Source of the DNA: Azolla caroliniana
Lineage: Eukaryota; Plantae; Polypodiophyta
Length of the DNA stretch: 64,000 nt
Reading direction: 5' to 3'
Assembly (NCBI GenBank): GCA_043228905.1
Contig: JBHGNT010000007.1
Location: forward strand, 1,116,001 to 1,180,000
Shown: piece by piece, positions 35,401 through 48,178 of the stretch
How the letters are laid out: each line of letters opens with the position of its first letter
Position numbering within the stretch: the stretch's first letter is position 1
Position numbers and translations under genes: made by a program
The notes under the pieces: model-generated
What the model was told of the DNA's origin: nothing
Databases searched by the model: none
Seen by the model: only the letters and a program-made list of their open reading frames with translations

Positions 35401-38400
35401 ACATCAAGGCTAAGACTCAGAGTGCTTTAGTAAAAGAATATATCATTTCATGTAGGCATCATTCAACTAGAAAATATAGCACACTTTGTACAACCCTATC
35501 ACAGTACGATAGGTTTCTAAACATTCATAACAATTTGTGTACTTTAACTAGCAACCAGGTCAAAAGCACAAATAGAGTCTCCTTGCACTGTCTAGAGATA
35601 TATATGTATTTACTACAACAATCATTATGTCGTTTGTAAGTTTTGGTACAATCTTTTTGAATCTGCTTTTAATTTTTATGTTGCCTCATAAGATAATTCT
35701 TAGTATGATGAGGTTACCTATCAAATACATCAATGTTTTTGTGATGAGTTCAATTTTTGCGTTCACTTATTCTTTTCATTTGCATATTGTCGCGCACACC
35801 AATATTATATATATATTGAGTATGTATGTATCGTGAACATCTCTAGTAATGTTTACACCATTTTTGACAATGTGAGAGCTGGACAAATGGCTACAACTCC
35901 ACCCAAGTTTATATCTTGCTATAGTGATTTTCAAAGGCTCATTCGCCGACAAGTGCTGCCAGATAGTTTTATGGTGACCTATATATCATCGTCTACACTT
36001 GGTGTAGTAATAGTATACAAGAGATAGCAAAATCACTTTTAAAATGAGTGGCAATAAATCAATTTCTCAAGAAAGCTAACCATTGTAATACGACATTTCA
36101 AGCTCTATCTAAAACGACACTAGGAGGTGACCAATCCACAAATTAGCAGTAGCTGAGATTCATCATGGTTCAAGACAAGCATGAATCTCATGAATTTTTG
36201 ACATTTTCGTCATATTCTAAAACTACTCAAGATTCTATATCATCCACCTATTCATTTTTGTGTATAATCATTGTTGGAATTTTCTTTTAGCCCCTCAAAG
36301 TAGATTGAGTCATACAGGTAGCAATATTCTATAGGGGCTGGAGCAAAGCAACAAATGACAAGAAAGAGGGAAGAAATTATTGGAAAAGACTACATTTAAA
36401 TAGTAAACTATCAAGGTATACACATGAAGAGAAAGGAATGGTTGTTGAGTTGTTTCCTTTAGAAAGGAAAAGAAAGATAAGGAGGTTATATACCATCAAT
36501 TGTGTCTTATCGGAATGGTCATTAATGTTGTTTGCCAGCATCGCCTTTGCAGGAGACAATGATTGTTTGCAATACTTCCTTTTGCGAAAAAGTGAAGTTC
36601 ATGCATATCGGATGAAGCGATTTATTTTTGTTGTTAAGGCAACGCCTCACGCATCGTGCAACTTATTACACGTAACATCTTGTTTTATAGTACTCATAAA
36701 ACATCGGTTCATAAAATATGAACAGTAATCTAAGTATGTAAATAACATGTGCCAAATACATACTAGCTGGAGTAAAGGTTATTTTGTTGGATATTCAGAC
36801 TACAATGTCTCTCACCACAACATCTCAAAAGCATGACTAATGACTTGTCTCTGTCTCTCAATATTTTTCCCTCTCAAAGTACATCCATGAGTAGGTCCAA
36901 CTCAACCCCTAAGTAAGGGTGAGATCCTCCCCTTGTGTATATGGAAATGTTTCATTGATGGGAGAAAACTAGAGGAGGTGGGTTGAACAAGAAAGAAAAG
37001 TATAAATGGAATAGCTCCTCATGCTAGCAAAACTATATAGTTTGGTTGGAATATCCAATGAATTGGAATAGAATAAATGCATAATTAGAATATTAAGATT
37101 GATTTGTGTCTTAATAAACAAATAGAATATAATTAGGCTTGAACGATATTCTTATATACAAAGATCAGTTTCCAACCGAATTAATTTATACTATTTAAGA
37201 GAAAACTAGGATGCAAATCATACTTGATGTTGGACATCCTTTGTAACAAATCATCATTTAATATACATATTTCATAAAGTTCAATAACTAAGTAAACAAC
37301 GTGTTTGGGCAAAATTGTCAAGTTCCACAACTAACACTTCATTAATTGAGTCTACCAATAAAGTTGGAAGCATAGCATTGCATTTGACTTCTACACTTTA
37401 TGAAAATTGAAATGTATATATATTGCACACAAAAGTGTTTCTTACCGATGCGAATACCAAAAGCGAATGTTCGCTCACCCTAAAAGTTAGTAAAACAAAT
37501 TTTTAATCAAGCGAATGTGTGACGAAAATAGAAAGCAATTTAATATTTGCCCAACTAGGAATCAGTTTAATCGTACCACTTACTATGCAACATGTAGTAC
37601 ATTAAAAAGGTTTTTTTATCTTAAAACAAGGTATGTACATCCAACTTAATAAAATAAAACTTAAATATTGACAATTAACAAAATCTCATAAAAAAGAGTA
37701 TTAAATATCAAATGTATTTTAAAGAATGTATGTGCTTGTAAATTGTGGCAATGTACGGTCAACATAAAAGAACACCAATATTATTAGTATATTTTGTAGG
37801 TGCAACAAGTATCAAATAAAAAATTATCATTGCAGAAAAAAACAATACAATACGAGGAACTAAGTCACTAGTAACTACAATGTAAGAAGTTGTAATCTAT
37901 ATATCCCCATAAAAAGGTACAATTACATAAAAGAACAACACAAGAAGACGAGAGAAGTCACTACAATGTAAGAAGCCTTAATCTATAATGTAATATATCC
38001 CCATGGACATCCTAGAAGTTTCCTATCATGGTCACTCAAAAGAATGTATGCATCTCTTTCAAAGCATATGGTGAGATGGATAGATAAATAGACAGCTTTT
38101 ATGAACATCCTTAGAGGTAAAATATGACCTATGAGACAAAATTGAAACATTTTCAAGCACTTCATGGAGTTCAAGAATTTTAGTCAAGAAAATGTGTCGA
38201 TTGTGATATAGAGAAAATGTGTAGGAATAGATCATGATTGAAAATTTGAGGAAAGCAAGCTCAAATGTGGTTGAAAGTGGGGCATTCAGTATAAGCGAAT
38301 ACCAAATATAATTTTGAAGTTATGATATATTGGCATTGTAACGAAAATCATTGGTTGATGTTTCATATGAGGCATCATGAAGAAAGTAATGCATCTTTGT

Positions 38401-40194
38401 GGTGCGCCTAGGTGTGTTAGACTAAGCATAATTCTTAACCTCAAGTGAAATCATGCCTCATGACTACCATCTACTCTATAGTTGGTGGGACCAAACAAAT
38501 GTTCAGCTATTGTTGATGACACAAGCAAGAGTGGCTATCAATCACTCTTACATTAATGATATACGTGAACCTCACCTCACTCTCTTACAAAATTAACTTG
38601 ATTTAGAAGCACATAAACTTAACCAACTACTAAAATGACACTCCCAAACATATAAAAGGAGAAGTAAATCTAATTAGAAAATGGGCAGACACATACCATT
38701 AATCAATATTGGTGCAAATACAAGATTTTTCTGAGGCTTAGAGTTAAGCACTTAGCATTAATCAATGAGAGAAGTGAGAGATGGAGAAGCTATAGATTAG
38801 ATAACTAACATTAAAAAGCAAGAAGAGACAAAAAGTTGGCTTTCTGCATCCTTCACATTTACATTTGCGTGGCGTGGATGTTGTTGTTGAAGGAAGATAA
38901 GAGGCTTTGGGAGATGGAGGGGCCCATTGTTGGTGGGAAATGTTGATTGATTGTGAAAACGCTTCTTTGATTAGGATGGTGACCTTGAAATTTGGATTGA
39001 GGTTCCTAAAGAACCACATGTGTGTGACATCAACATTGCACTTTTATAGTCTTCTACATTCAAAGATGACTAAAGGATAGGAAATCTAGAACTAACCATA
39101 ATCTGAAAGTCATTTTTGGTAAGGCAAGGGCTTGGTGGTTGCACATTTATGGAGATTGAAACATTTTCTCTGGGTTGGGTCTTCATTGATGTCAAAGGAG
39201 AGTTCTATGAAAGGTTATTCGTGCTTATGGAACCATCAATGTTGAAGAAAGATAGAGTTCATCCAAGGAAGCTCGATTAGCATGGATCTGATGAGGGTGT
39301 GGGTTTAGATGTTAGGGTTAGGATATAATGCATTCATGACTATGACGATCTTTGTATTGGTTGGGCAAGTATGATAACATCACTAGTTAATGGAGGTATT
39401 GGAGCTCCTAGTTTGTTGTCACAATCATTCCTCATATTATTACTAACATTGTTCTTGTTATTGTCATCATCTTCCGTTGTCTCGATTATTATTATTTGTT
39501 CTTGTGGTGATGTCAGCAAGCTTCACATTTTTGGAGTAGCTTCCTCAAAAGTGATGTGTGTATGATTTGATATTGGGTGATGTTATATTTACAAAGCTTT
39601 ATGTTGTCGACATCATGAATGTGATTGGCTATTTCAAATTGTTGTTTTGCCATTTTTAGTTTGTTGAGTTTAATCATCTACATCGTCATTTTTTGTAATT
39701 ATGAATTCATCACAAAATTTATATTAATTGAACTATTTTTGTTACATTTCTTCATCTTTTCTAATTATGTTTCCGAGTTTTCCTTTCCAACGCCAACTCT
39801 TGTGCCACATATAGCATAGAAGTTCATAAAACTATTCAAACTCGTTCACAAATGATCTGGTGCACATATTCGACGAGCCGAGCAAAATTATACATTAAAG
39901 AGAAAATTACAAGGAATTTGTCTTGAGCACAAGAGAGAACCTACAAGTGTATTCATGGAAAACAAGGGAGAGAGGATATCAAAATATCATTGCATACAAT
40001 CATTCCTCGACGAAGCCATCTTCCTTGGTTCGGGTCCCTGATGGACCTGCTCAAGTAACACAAGCGTGTACATGTGTTAACATGCATTTACATTTCTTGA
40101 CCCAACAAACCCTACAAATTGCAACCGCACATATTGCACATATTCACGCAACCCTTACAGTTAGTGGAATCTTTTTGAATTTCATTGTTGATCT

Positions 40195-41350
40195 CTTTAG
40201 GTGTCATTCTCATTATGATAGACCAATATACTAAGAAGACACATTTTCTTCTATGCATGAAGACTATCCAAATCTAAGAAACAATAGATTTTGTTTGTGC
40301 GCAAAATGTTTAGGCATCATGGTCTTCCAAATGACATCAACAATGATTGAGGTTCAAAATTCGTCTCTAAATTTTGAGAACAATTGCTTGAGCTACTCCA
40401 AATTGTATGCAAAACCTCTTCGAGCTATGACCTCGATACTGATAGTCAAACATTGCAGACCATGTCTTGGTGGTTCATATGTAATCTTTGATCAGATCAA
40501 TGAATCTGCATTTTCATATACATATTGATCATAGTCAAACTTTCTCCTCATATACATATTCATCTAGTGTTCCATGTGTCTCGTTTTTAGAGTTTTACGA
40601 TTTAATCTCTATTGTAGATTGTGTTGTTCCTCCACCCTATTTGGGATCTTGTGGACGCTCTATGTAAGGTGGAAACCATTTTGGAGATTGGACTTCAAGT
40701 TTATGAATGACAAGTTATATCATTTGGTTAATTGGTTGAGTTACTCACCTAATGATTGAACTTGGGAGCCTATAAGAAATCTTGCTAATGCCAAAGAACT
40801 TTGATATCCCAATAGAACAAGTCCTAGTTTGTGTATTGCGATTCATGGAACTCATGGTCAAAGGAAGGGATTAGTTTCATGAGCATATATACAAAATATT
40901 TTCATTATCGTGGAGATTTGAACTTATGAATTCATTGAAAAAAAGCCGTAAACTAAGATACCAACTAAATGCATCATATTATACATGACATTGATTTCAT
41001 AAATAGTTTAGAACATAACAATAATATTATGAAATGTCACTACCTTGCACATGTTAATGTATTACCTCCAAATGGAAGGCTTGCATGAATGCCAAATGGC
41101 GATCATGCATTCGTGAGTGGACAATCATGCATGTGTCCAACTATGGTACATACACAACTCCCTAGTATTGATGATGCATTATGGTTCATCGCCAGTCTTG
41201 GGCGTACTCTTGTACTCTTGTTCTTTTTGTTATTACACTTAACATTTTATCTTATTTACCTCTTCTTTTCTTATTCTATTCCTCAATATAGTTATCTTAT
41301 CATCATGACCCATCCACTTGTGTTATCGATTATTTACATGAACATCACGT
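40195..41350 (+). mobile_element. Very degenerate Tcn1-like integrase/chromodomain remnant with PPT and probable LTR
   Basis: IDQYTKKTHFL, FRHHGLPND and KLYHLVNWLSYSPND*TWEP; purine tract aaggaaggga at about 40861-40870. Confidence 0.6.
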
Positions 41351-41777
41351 AATGATGCATTAGGGCTTAAGAGAAGAAAACTTGGGTTCAAAAGATAGTA
41401 TATTGATTGGGGCATGTTCATGGGATACTAATAGGCTTACTTTTGATAGTAGCATGTTTCAATTGCTTGTTGACGATATACAATTGATGAGCTTGTCCTT
41501 ATCTCATTTCCTTCGAAATCGTGGTGAAAGTTTTGCAAATTAAATGAAAAAGATACATTGGTTTATAGATATTCTAACTATTAAAGCAAAAATGAATTCA
41601 AGTGTATAAATACTTTAAATGAATTATGGCAGTGTGGGAACCTCAGCTCTCCTAATTGTGTAGTGTGTCCAACTGTAGTAGAATCAATACGACACGCTGT
41701 CGTAGTGTAGGTTGCACACTATGTGGAAATTATATTTTTGTCCCTCCGGATAGAGAATGGAGTGCTCGGTGAGAACC

Positions 41778-41846
41778 GGAAGAAAACGGCATACCGGCAA
41801 GGAGGAAAACGGCATACCGGCAAGGAAGAAAACGGCATACCGGCAA
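41778..41846 (+). repeat. Three 23-bp tandem repeats in the 5' LTR (one copy in the 3' LTR)
   Basis: Unit ggaagaaaacggcataccggcaa; accounts for the 46-bp LTR length difference (801 vs 755 bp). Confidence 0.9.
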
Positions 41847-41898
41847 GGAAGAGCCGGATAAAGAGACATAAATGTAAAAAAAAAGAAATACTCACTAC

Positions 41899-41965
41899 TG
41901 CGCAGGGCGTGATTCGAACTCTACACCTCCACGTTGACAAACCCCAACCTTACCATTACATTAAC
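41899..41965 (-). promoter_or_regulatory. tRNA-like module in gypsy LTR U3, antisense (copy at about 48321-48387)
   Basis: Minus strand TAATGTAATGGTAAG, 29 nt, GTTCGAATCACG. Confidence 0.6.
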
Positions 41966-42502
41966 TTATCTTAAGTATTTTAAATATAGATTTAATACCT
42001 ATAAGACCTTTATTTATGCATACCTTTATTAAAAGGTAAATCGTGTATTTTTTTTAATATATGAAAAAGAATACGAGACACTAAAAATAACTCATGCACA
42101 TCTAGCGTGCATGAGCCCTATACTTAGGAAATAAAAAAGCATCACATGCACATTTAGTGGACATGAACACTTTTTGTAAAAAAAGCATGAAGCCATGCTT
42201 AGCTCTTCCTTCCTTATATAAGGAGGAGAGAAATATATAAAGGGTTGTTGATTATTTGGATTAAGTATTAATCAATACAAAAATTATTTGTGGGATTCAC
42301 GATTTATACATCTACTTCTCTCTTAACACCCTAAGTACCAATTAATATAGTATACTCGTGTGATTCACGAGTTTCTTATCTTTCTCTTTGCTATTTACTC
42401 ATAATTAATCTCTATCTCACGAACTTCTTTCTCCTAGTCCAAGACCTCTGTGGTTCCCACCCGACTCACGCAACGATTCGGAGCCGAAAGGCACGACACA
42501 GT

Positions 42503-42519
42503 TGGTGAACCCGACGTGA
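42503..42519 (+). promoter_or_regulatory. Primer-binding site for tRNA-Trp
   Basis: TGGTGAACCCGACGTGA is the complement of the plant tRNA-Trp 3' end as recalled (TCACGTCGGGTTCA-CCA); 4 nt after the LTR. Confidence 0.85.
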
Positions 42520-42536
42520 AGACGGGTGGCAAGGAG

Positions 42537-44576
42537 ATGGAGGCTCAACAAGCTAACAATATGATGGCGATGTTCGAACGGATGCTTCAAGAACAACGCA
42601 CGATGTCGGAGATTTCGGCATCAGTAGAGCGGCTCGTGCAACGCAACGGGCAATTTAATGGTAAGGATGTGTCGCGATATTTGCAGGACTACAAGGCGGA
42701 GATGCTCCGGTGCCGGGCTTCGGAAGGACTGCAAGTGACATCCTTTAACCGGGTGGCGACCGACGGGCTTCAAGGGAGTATCCACGGGTTGCAACAACAA
42801 AATCCGACGTGGGAAGCATTCGAAGAGGCGTTAAAGACCACGTTTGCCATCGAGGACTCCTCCAAGGCAACGCAGAGGGGATTCGAGGATTGGGTGGAAA
42901 CGTCAGGTAAGGGGCTGAAGGTCCTCGAAGTGTTTTCGACATTCGAAAGTCGGTTCGGGAGGTTGTCCGCGAGAGATCAAACTATTCTTGCACCGGACAA
43001 AGTCATCATGTTTTTGCGAGCTGTGGACGTCCGGGACCGGAAAGATCTCGGAGTGCTTCTTGAGGACACGACCACCGAAAGCGGCCTCACTGAAACATGG
43101 GAAAGCGTGCCGGATATCGTCGCGCGGTACACGAAGAGGGGGCAATGGCTTGCCAACGAAGAAAAGAGGGTTTCGGAACCGATTCCGAAACCGAGAACGG
43201 GACTGGAAGACCATCAACCGAGGGCTCGGGAGATTACGGCCGAGAAGGGAGTCGACGCGTCTACGGTGGAGCAGCTGCTGAAGGAGATGGAGAATCTAAA
43301 GATCACGATGGTGAAGAAGTCGGATGACCGCCCCACAAGCTCCAAATATACGGATCGACGGTGCATATGGTGCGATAGCGCCGAACACGATCAGAGGGAT
43401 TGCGACGACCATAAGGAGGCGCTACGACGGGATCTCATCTACTACGAGGGAAACCGGATTCATTCGATGGACTCTCGGAAGCCACTCCGACCGAACTTCC
43501 GGAAAGGCGGCATGAAGAAGGTGCTCGAGGAGGAGTTAGCGGCAAGAAGCAACTATGCGACAACCGCGGGAATATGTGTCGGGGAGTCATCGGGAGCGAA
43601 GGCGTCTTTCTGGCCGGAGGTGCTAGGAAACACCGAGAAAACCGACTCCAACGATATCCGAAACACCGCGGAAGGCGTCCGGGAAGCTACGGGATGGGAA
43701 TGCCCTGTCGATAAGAATAGCATATACGCCCTGTGTCAATTACATGAGGTGTATGTGGACGAGAAACGACGGCGCACGGAGGATGCCGCCAGACCATCGA
43801 AGATAACGGAAAGCTGGAACTCCGGAGGTAAGGGAAAAGAAAAGGCGACTCCGGCATTCAAGCTCGCCTCGGACATAGAACAACAAACCGACTTGAAAAG
43901 AGTGTTCGAGGAAAGAATCTTGGATAGCCGGGTAGATTTTTCGCTGCGGGAACTACTCGGAATAGCGAAGAAGGAGTTTCACGATCTTCTCGTGGATCTC
44001 GTGAAAAGGAAGAGACAAAGTACGGAGGAAAATGCTCCAAGGGTGAATGCAAATACCGTTTCAATGAACGACACCGAAGTGGAAGGCGAAATTCCGAACT
44101 CCCACTATACAAGGCCACACTGGGCACGTGCGACTACGGAGACTCCGGTCCGAATCGGCAACATCAAAGAACCCGTGCTAGCATTGATTGATCACGGATC
44201 GGAGATCAACTTGATGTCCAAGGAGTTCTACCGAAAGGGGAAGTGGCCTATAAATACCAACCATGGATGGAAGATTCGGGCAGCCACGAAAACGACAGAA
44301 GACCTATTTGCGGCTTGTCCGGATGTGACGGTAAAGATCGGGGATGTCGAAATTGACCAAAATTTCTTTGTGCAGGATGAGGTTTCACATTCTGTCATCC
44401 TCGGCCAACCCTTTATCACGGCTTCACGGATGGAGACGAAGGTGCTCGATAGTGGTGCGGCTTTTGCGCGAATTCGGAGCCAAAACGGAGGTAAATCCGT
44501 CCAATTCCTAACGGTGCCGGCAAATCACGAAAGGAACAAGAGGGAACTCTTGTCCCAAGTGAGAATGGATTTTTAA
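42537..44576 (+). CDS. Gag-protease ORF
   Basis: First ATG after the PBS. Zinc knuckle CIWCDSAEHDQRDC; protease ALIDHGSEINLM...VILGQPF. Ends ATG GAT TTT TAA. Confidence 0.9.
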   Translation: MEAQQANNMMAMFERMLQEQRTMSEISASVERLVQRNGQFNGKDVSRYLQDYKAEMLRCRASEGLQVTSFNRVATDGLQGSIHGLQQQNPTWEAFEEALKTTFAIEDSSKATQRGFEDWVETSGKGLKVLEVFSTFESRFGRLSARDQTILAPDKVIMFLRAVDVRDRKDLGVLLEDTTTESGLTETWESVPDIVARYTKRGQWLANEEKRVSEPIPKPRTGLEDHQPRAREITAEKGVDASTVEQLLKEMENLKITMVKKSDDRPTSSKYTDRRCIWCDSAEHDQRDCDDHKEALRRDLIYYEGNRIHSMDSRKPLRPNFRKGGMKKVLEEELAARSNYATTAGICVGESSGAKASFWPEVLGNTEKTDSNDIRNTAEGVREATGWECPVDKNSIYALCQLHEVYVDEKRRRTEDAARPSKITESWNSGGKGKEKATPAFKLASDIEQQTDLKRVFEERILDSRVDFSLRELLGIAKKEFHDLLVDLVKRKRQSTEENAPRVNANTVSMNDTEVEGEIPNSHYTRPHWARATTETPVRIGNIKEPVLALIDHGSEINLMSKEFYRKGKWPINTNHGWKIRAATKTTEDLFAACPDVTVKIGDVEIDQNFFVQDEVSHSVILGQPFITASRMETKVLDSGAAFARIRSQNGGKSVQFLTVPANHERNKRELLSQVRMDF

Positions 44577-44630
44577 AGCGGACTGTTGCGGAGTGGGGAA
44601 GTGATAGTCCGAGAAGCCCTGATACCCCAC
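44567..44630 (+). promoter_or_regulatory. Putative -1 ribosomal frameshift signal (slippery site plus pseudoknot)
   Basis: G_GAT_TTT at 44567-44573, 5-nt spacer, stem 1 44579-44589 with 44601-44611, stem 2 GTGGGG (44593-44598) with CCCCAC (44625-44630). Confidence 0.8.
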
Positions 44631-47600
44631 ACAGGAAGAAAACTCTCGGAGCAAAACAAGTACGAATCGGCCCGGATGGGGCATCTACGTACACGGCCGT
44701 AACCGGAGGAATGAAGAAACAATACCGACAAGTGGAGGATAAGTTACGGTCGGCATCAATAATAAAAGAAGACGAAGAAATCGTGGGAGTGATCGAGGAA
44801 GTGTTCTATGGGGATACACTACAATGGCTTGAAGAGCTTGCGGAAGATAAAAGCCAAGGGAACCGGGTAGTCCCGGTGGAATCGGTCGAGATGTACGAGA
44901 TCGTTGCGAAAATGGGGCCGGATGCGCTCCGCAAAGAAGAAGCAATGGTAAGTACGAAATACAAGACCGTGGAGAAGAAGGTGAAACCAGCCGCGGGACC
45001 ACTACCCGCCGATAGCGAACAAAAGAAGAAAGAAGTCTCGGGAGATCCGACACTTCGGAAGTCCGTGGATATCGGACATGCCTTCACAGATGAGACCCGG
45101 AAGAAACTTCAGATCGGTGGAGGTGGGTTCCTCTTACAAGAAGAAGAAAAACGGTTTCGAGAGATGTTGGAGCAACATGGCAAAGCATTCGCGTTCACAT
45201 CGAGGGAGATCGGATGCATTGATCCAAAGATAGTGGAGCCGATGGTGATTTTCACGATTGATCATGTACCGTGGAACCTGAAGCCGATTCCGGTGCCACG
45301 GGCGCATATTCCGAAAGTCATCGACTTGCTCAAGGAGAAGGTGGCGATGGGGATTCTAGAGCCATCAAGTGCTCCGTACTCAAATCGATGGTTTATGGTT
45401 CCGAAGAAGAATGGGTCACTCCGATTCATCCAAGACTTGCAACCGGTGAACAAGGTCACGATCCGGAACTCGGGAGTCGGTCCGATAGTGGACGAATTCG
45501 CGGAAGCTTTTGCCGGACGTGCGATATACTCCATCGGGGACCTATACTCGGGGTATGACCAATTCCAACTAGCCGTGGAGAGCTGAGACATCACTACCAT
45601 GCGGACACCGATAGGACTAGTTCGAATGTGCACACTACCACAAGGAGCGACAAACTCGGTTGCACATATGATGAACGCGATGAACAAGGTGCTTCGAGAT
45701 TGCATCCCGGAGATAACGATGCCGTTTCTAGATGACATTCCGATGAAAGGATGCGCGGTGGAAGAAAAAGATGAGACTATGGATGATCGGGGATGCCGAA
45801 AGTTCGTGGTCGACCATATTCATGATTGCGAGAAAGTGTTGCGAAAGCTAGAAGATGTGCACCTAACACTTTCCGGGGAGAAATCGGCATTCGGGCAAGA
45901 AGAAATATTGGTGGTCGGACATCTATGTGGACCCTACGGCCGAAGACCGTCACCAACAAAGATCGATGCGATTCAAGCTATGAAGGAAGTATGTGAGTCA
46001 ACATCGGAAGTCCGAAGGTTTCTGGGTTCGTGTGCATTCTATCACATATGGATTCCGCACTATGCACATATAGCGGACCCGCTCTATCACTTGTTGCGGA
46101 AAGGTAAGAAATTCGAGTGGAAACCGGAACACACTAAAGCCATGAGGAAGCTCAAGAAGACACTATGGAGGGCGGAATCACTTAAGAAGCCAAGCTACGA
46201 GCGGCCAATCATAGTAACGGTTGATACAAGTCCAACCCGTATCGGGTGGGTCATCAATCAAGCCGACTCAGATGGTTCGCGGTATCCGATCCGATTTGGA
46301 GCAAAGGTCCTCAACGAAAGGCAACGCGGATATGCACAAGTCAAAAGAGAATTGTGGGGAGTCGTGTCGGCGATAAAATCGGATCGAGATTATTTGATCG
46401 GAGCTGAAGTGGTGATCGAGACGGATTGTCTTCCGATACTCGGGATGATGCGGTGTTGTACGATACCGGATGTGGCTATGCTAAGGTGGATTGCATATGT
46501 CAAGTCACTTAATCCGGAGGTTCGACACATCTCGGGGAAGGACAACGCGGTAGCGGACATGTTATCGAGGGCGCGGTTTGAAGACGACATAACCGAATCA
46601 GATAATGAAGAAGTTTTCGAAGACTACTTCACGTCAGAACACATATGCCGAGTGAACGTGATCCGAGAATTCCGGGAAGAAGAATACGAGGGGGAAACCT
46701 TGATGATCGGGAAGATGCTACAAGAGGTCGAGGATTCAACCAATGATAAAGAAAGGAGAGCCGAGATCCGAAGGAAGAAGAGGCAAGTCCAAAAGTTCTT
46801 CTTGGAAAACGGTTTAATATGGAGGACGCCGAAAAGACCGGATGGGATACCACTTCGAGTAGTCGGGACGAAAGAGCAACGAAACCGGATAATGTCCGAG
46901 TTCCACGAATCCGATTGGGCTGGACATCGAGGAACATGGGCAACTTTTGTAAAAATCAAGCAAAGATATTGGTGGAAGAACATGTATAAAGATGTCGCGG
47001 AGTTCACAGAAAGCTGCGAGAAATGTCAAGTCTACTCCGGGGTCTGACACCGAGATGAGCTGCATCCGACATTCTCACCGACAATCAACTTCAAGTGGAT
47101 GGCCGACATTGTAGCTATGCCGACCGGGATTGGACAAAAGAAATACTTGGTGTTAGCTCGAGAAGATCTCACAAACCAAGTTGAAGGTCGAGCGCTTCGG
47201 AGGAAAACGTGTGCCGCGGTGTGCCAATTTCTTTTGGAAGAAGTGTTTTGTAGGTACGGCTGCGTAGGACAAGTGATTGCGGACCGGGGAGAACTCGACT
47301 CGGACAAAGCTAGGGGATTCTTCGCCAAACATGGAGTTCGGTTAACGTTGACAACGGCCTACAATCCGGAGGCCAACGGGAAGATCGAACGAGGACATAG
47401 TCCGATCGTGAAAGCACTTGCGAAGGCATGCGACGGAAGGGTGAAGGATTGGCCACAAATGCTTCCGTATGCACTATGGGCGGATCGGACGACGCATAGC
47501 TCCGTGACCGGTTACATGCCGGCAGAACTCATGACCGGACAAGCACCGGTAATGCCAACGGAAACCGCAATCGCGACATGGACAATACTACCGTGGAAGG

Positions 47601-48178
47601 AAGAGATGAGCCGGGAAGAACTACTAGCGGTCCGGATACGACAACTGGAGGGAAGACCGAAAGATGTAGCGGAAGCGTCACGCCGACAACAAGAAGCACG
47701 GTTCCGGACCAAAAGCCGGTTCGACACAAAGCACCAACTACGACCGAGGAGGATTGAAGAAGGAGATTGGGTGATCGTCTATGATAGTAGCTTGGACCAT
47801 CAACATATAACGATGCGGAAATTCGCGAAAAGGTGGTTCGGGCCGTACGAGGTTCGGAAGGTCTTCGACAACGGGACGTACCGACTGTCCGAGTTGGATG
47901 GAACAATACTACGAGTGCCTATAGCCGGGAAGCGGGTGAAGATTTTCAAGAGGCGGACCGACGACAAACCTTATGTGATCCAAGTCGAGGCCGACAACGA
48001 GGAGCAATCGGACGAAGACCACAATGATGCGGGAAGCGAAGAAAGTGGATTACAACTCATAGTCGACATAAGGGGAGAATCGGAGGAAGCTTCGGATGAA
48101 GACGGATACGAAGAATCAAGAACTTCGGCACATACTGGAGGATGTGTGGGTTTGGAGGGGGCGAGTGTCGTAGTGTAG
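44567..48178 (+). pseudogene. RT-RNase H-integrase ORF in the -1 frame, with two in-frame TGA stops (45584, 47045)
   Basis: RT PFLDD, RNase H VDTS...ETDC, integrase HHCC and ADRGE. ORFs 44711, 45599 and 47099 share one frame. Both stops are plausibly CGA to TGA changes. Confidence 0.9.

Noticed and set aside
38760-39720. Possible minus-strand host pseudogene
   Set aside because: Coding-like composition but many stops and no recognisable domain.
45584-47047. Programmed readthrough at two TGA codons in pol
   Set aside because: Both fit CGA to TGA deamination inside conserved domains, so they are more simply mutations.
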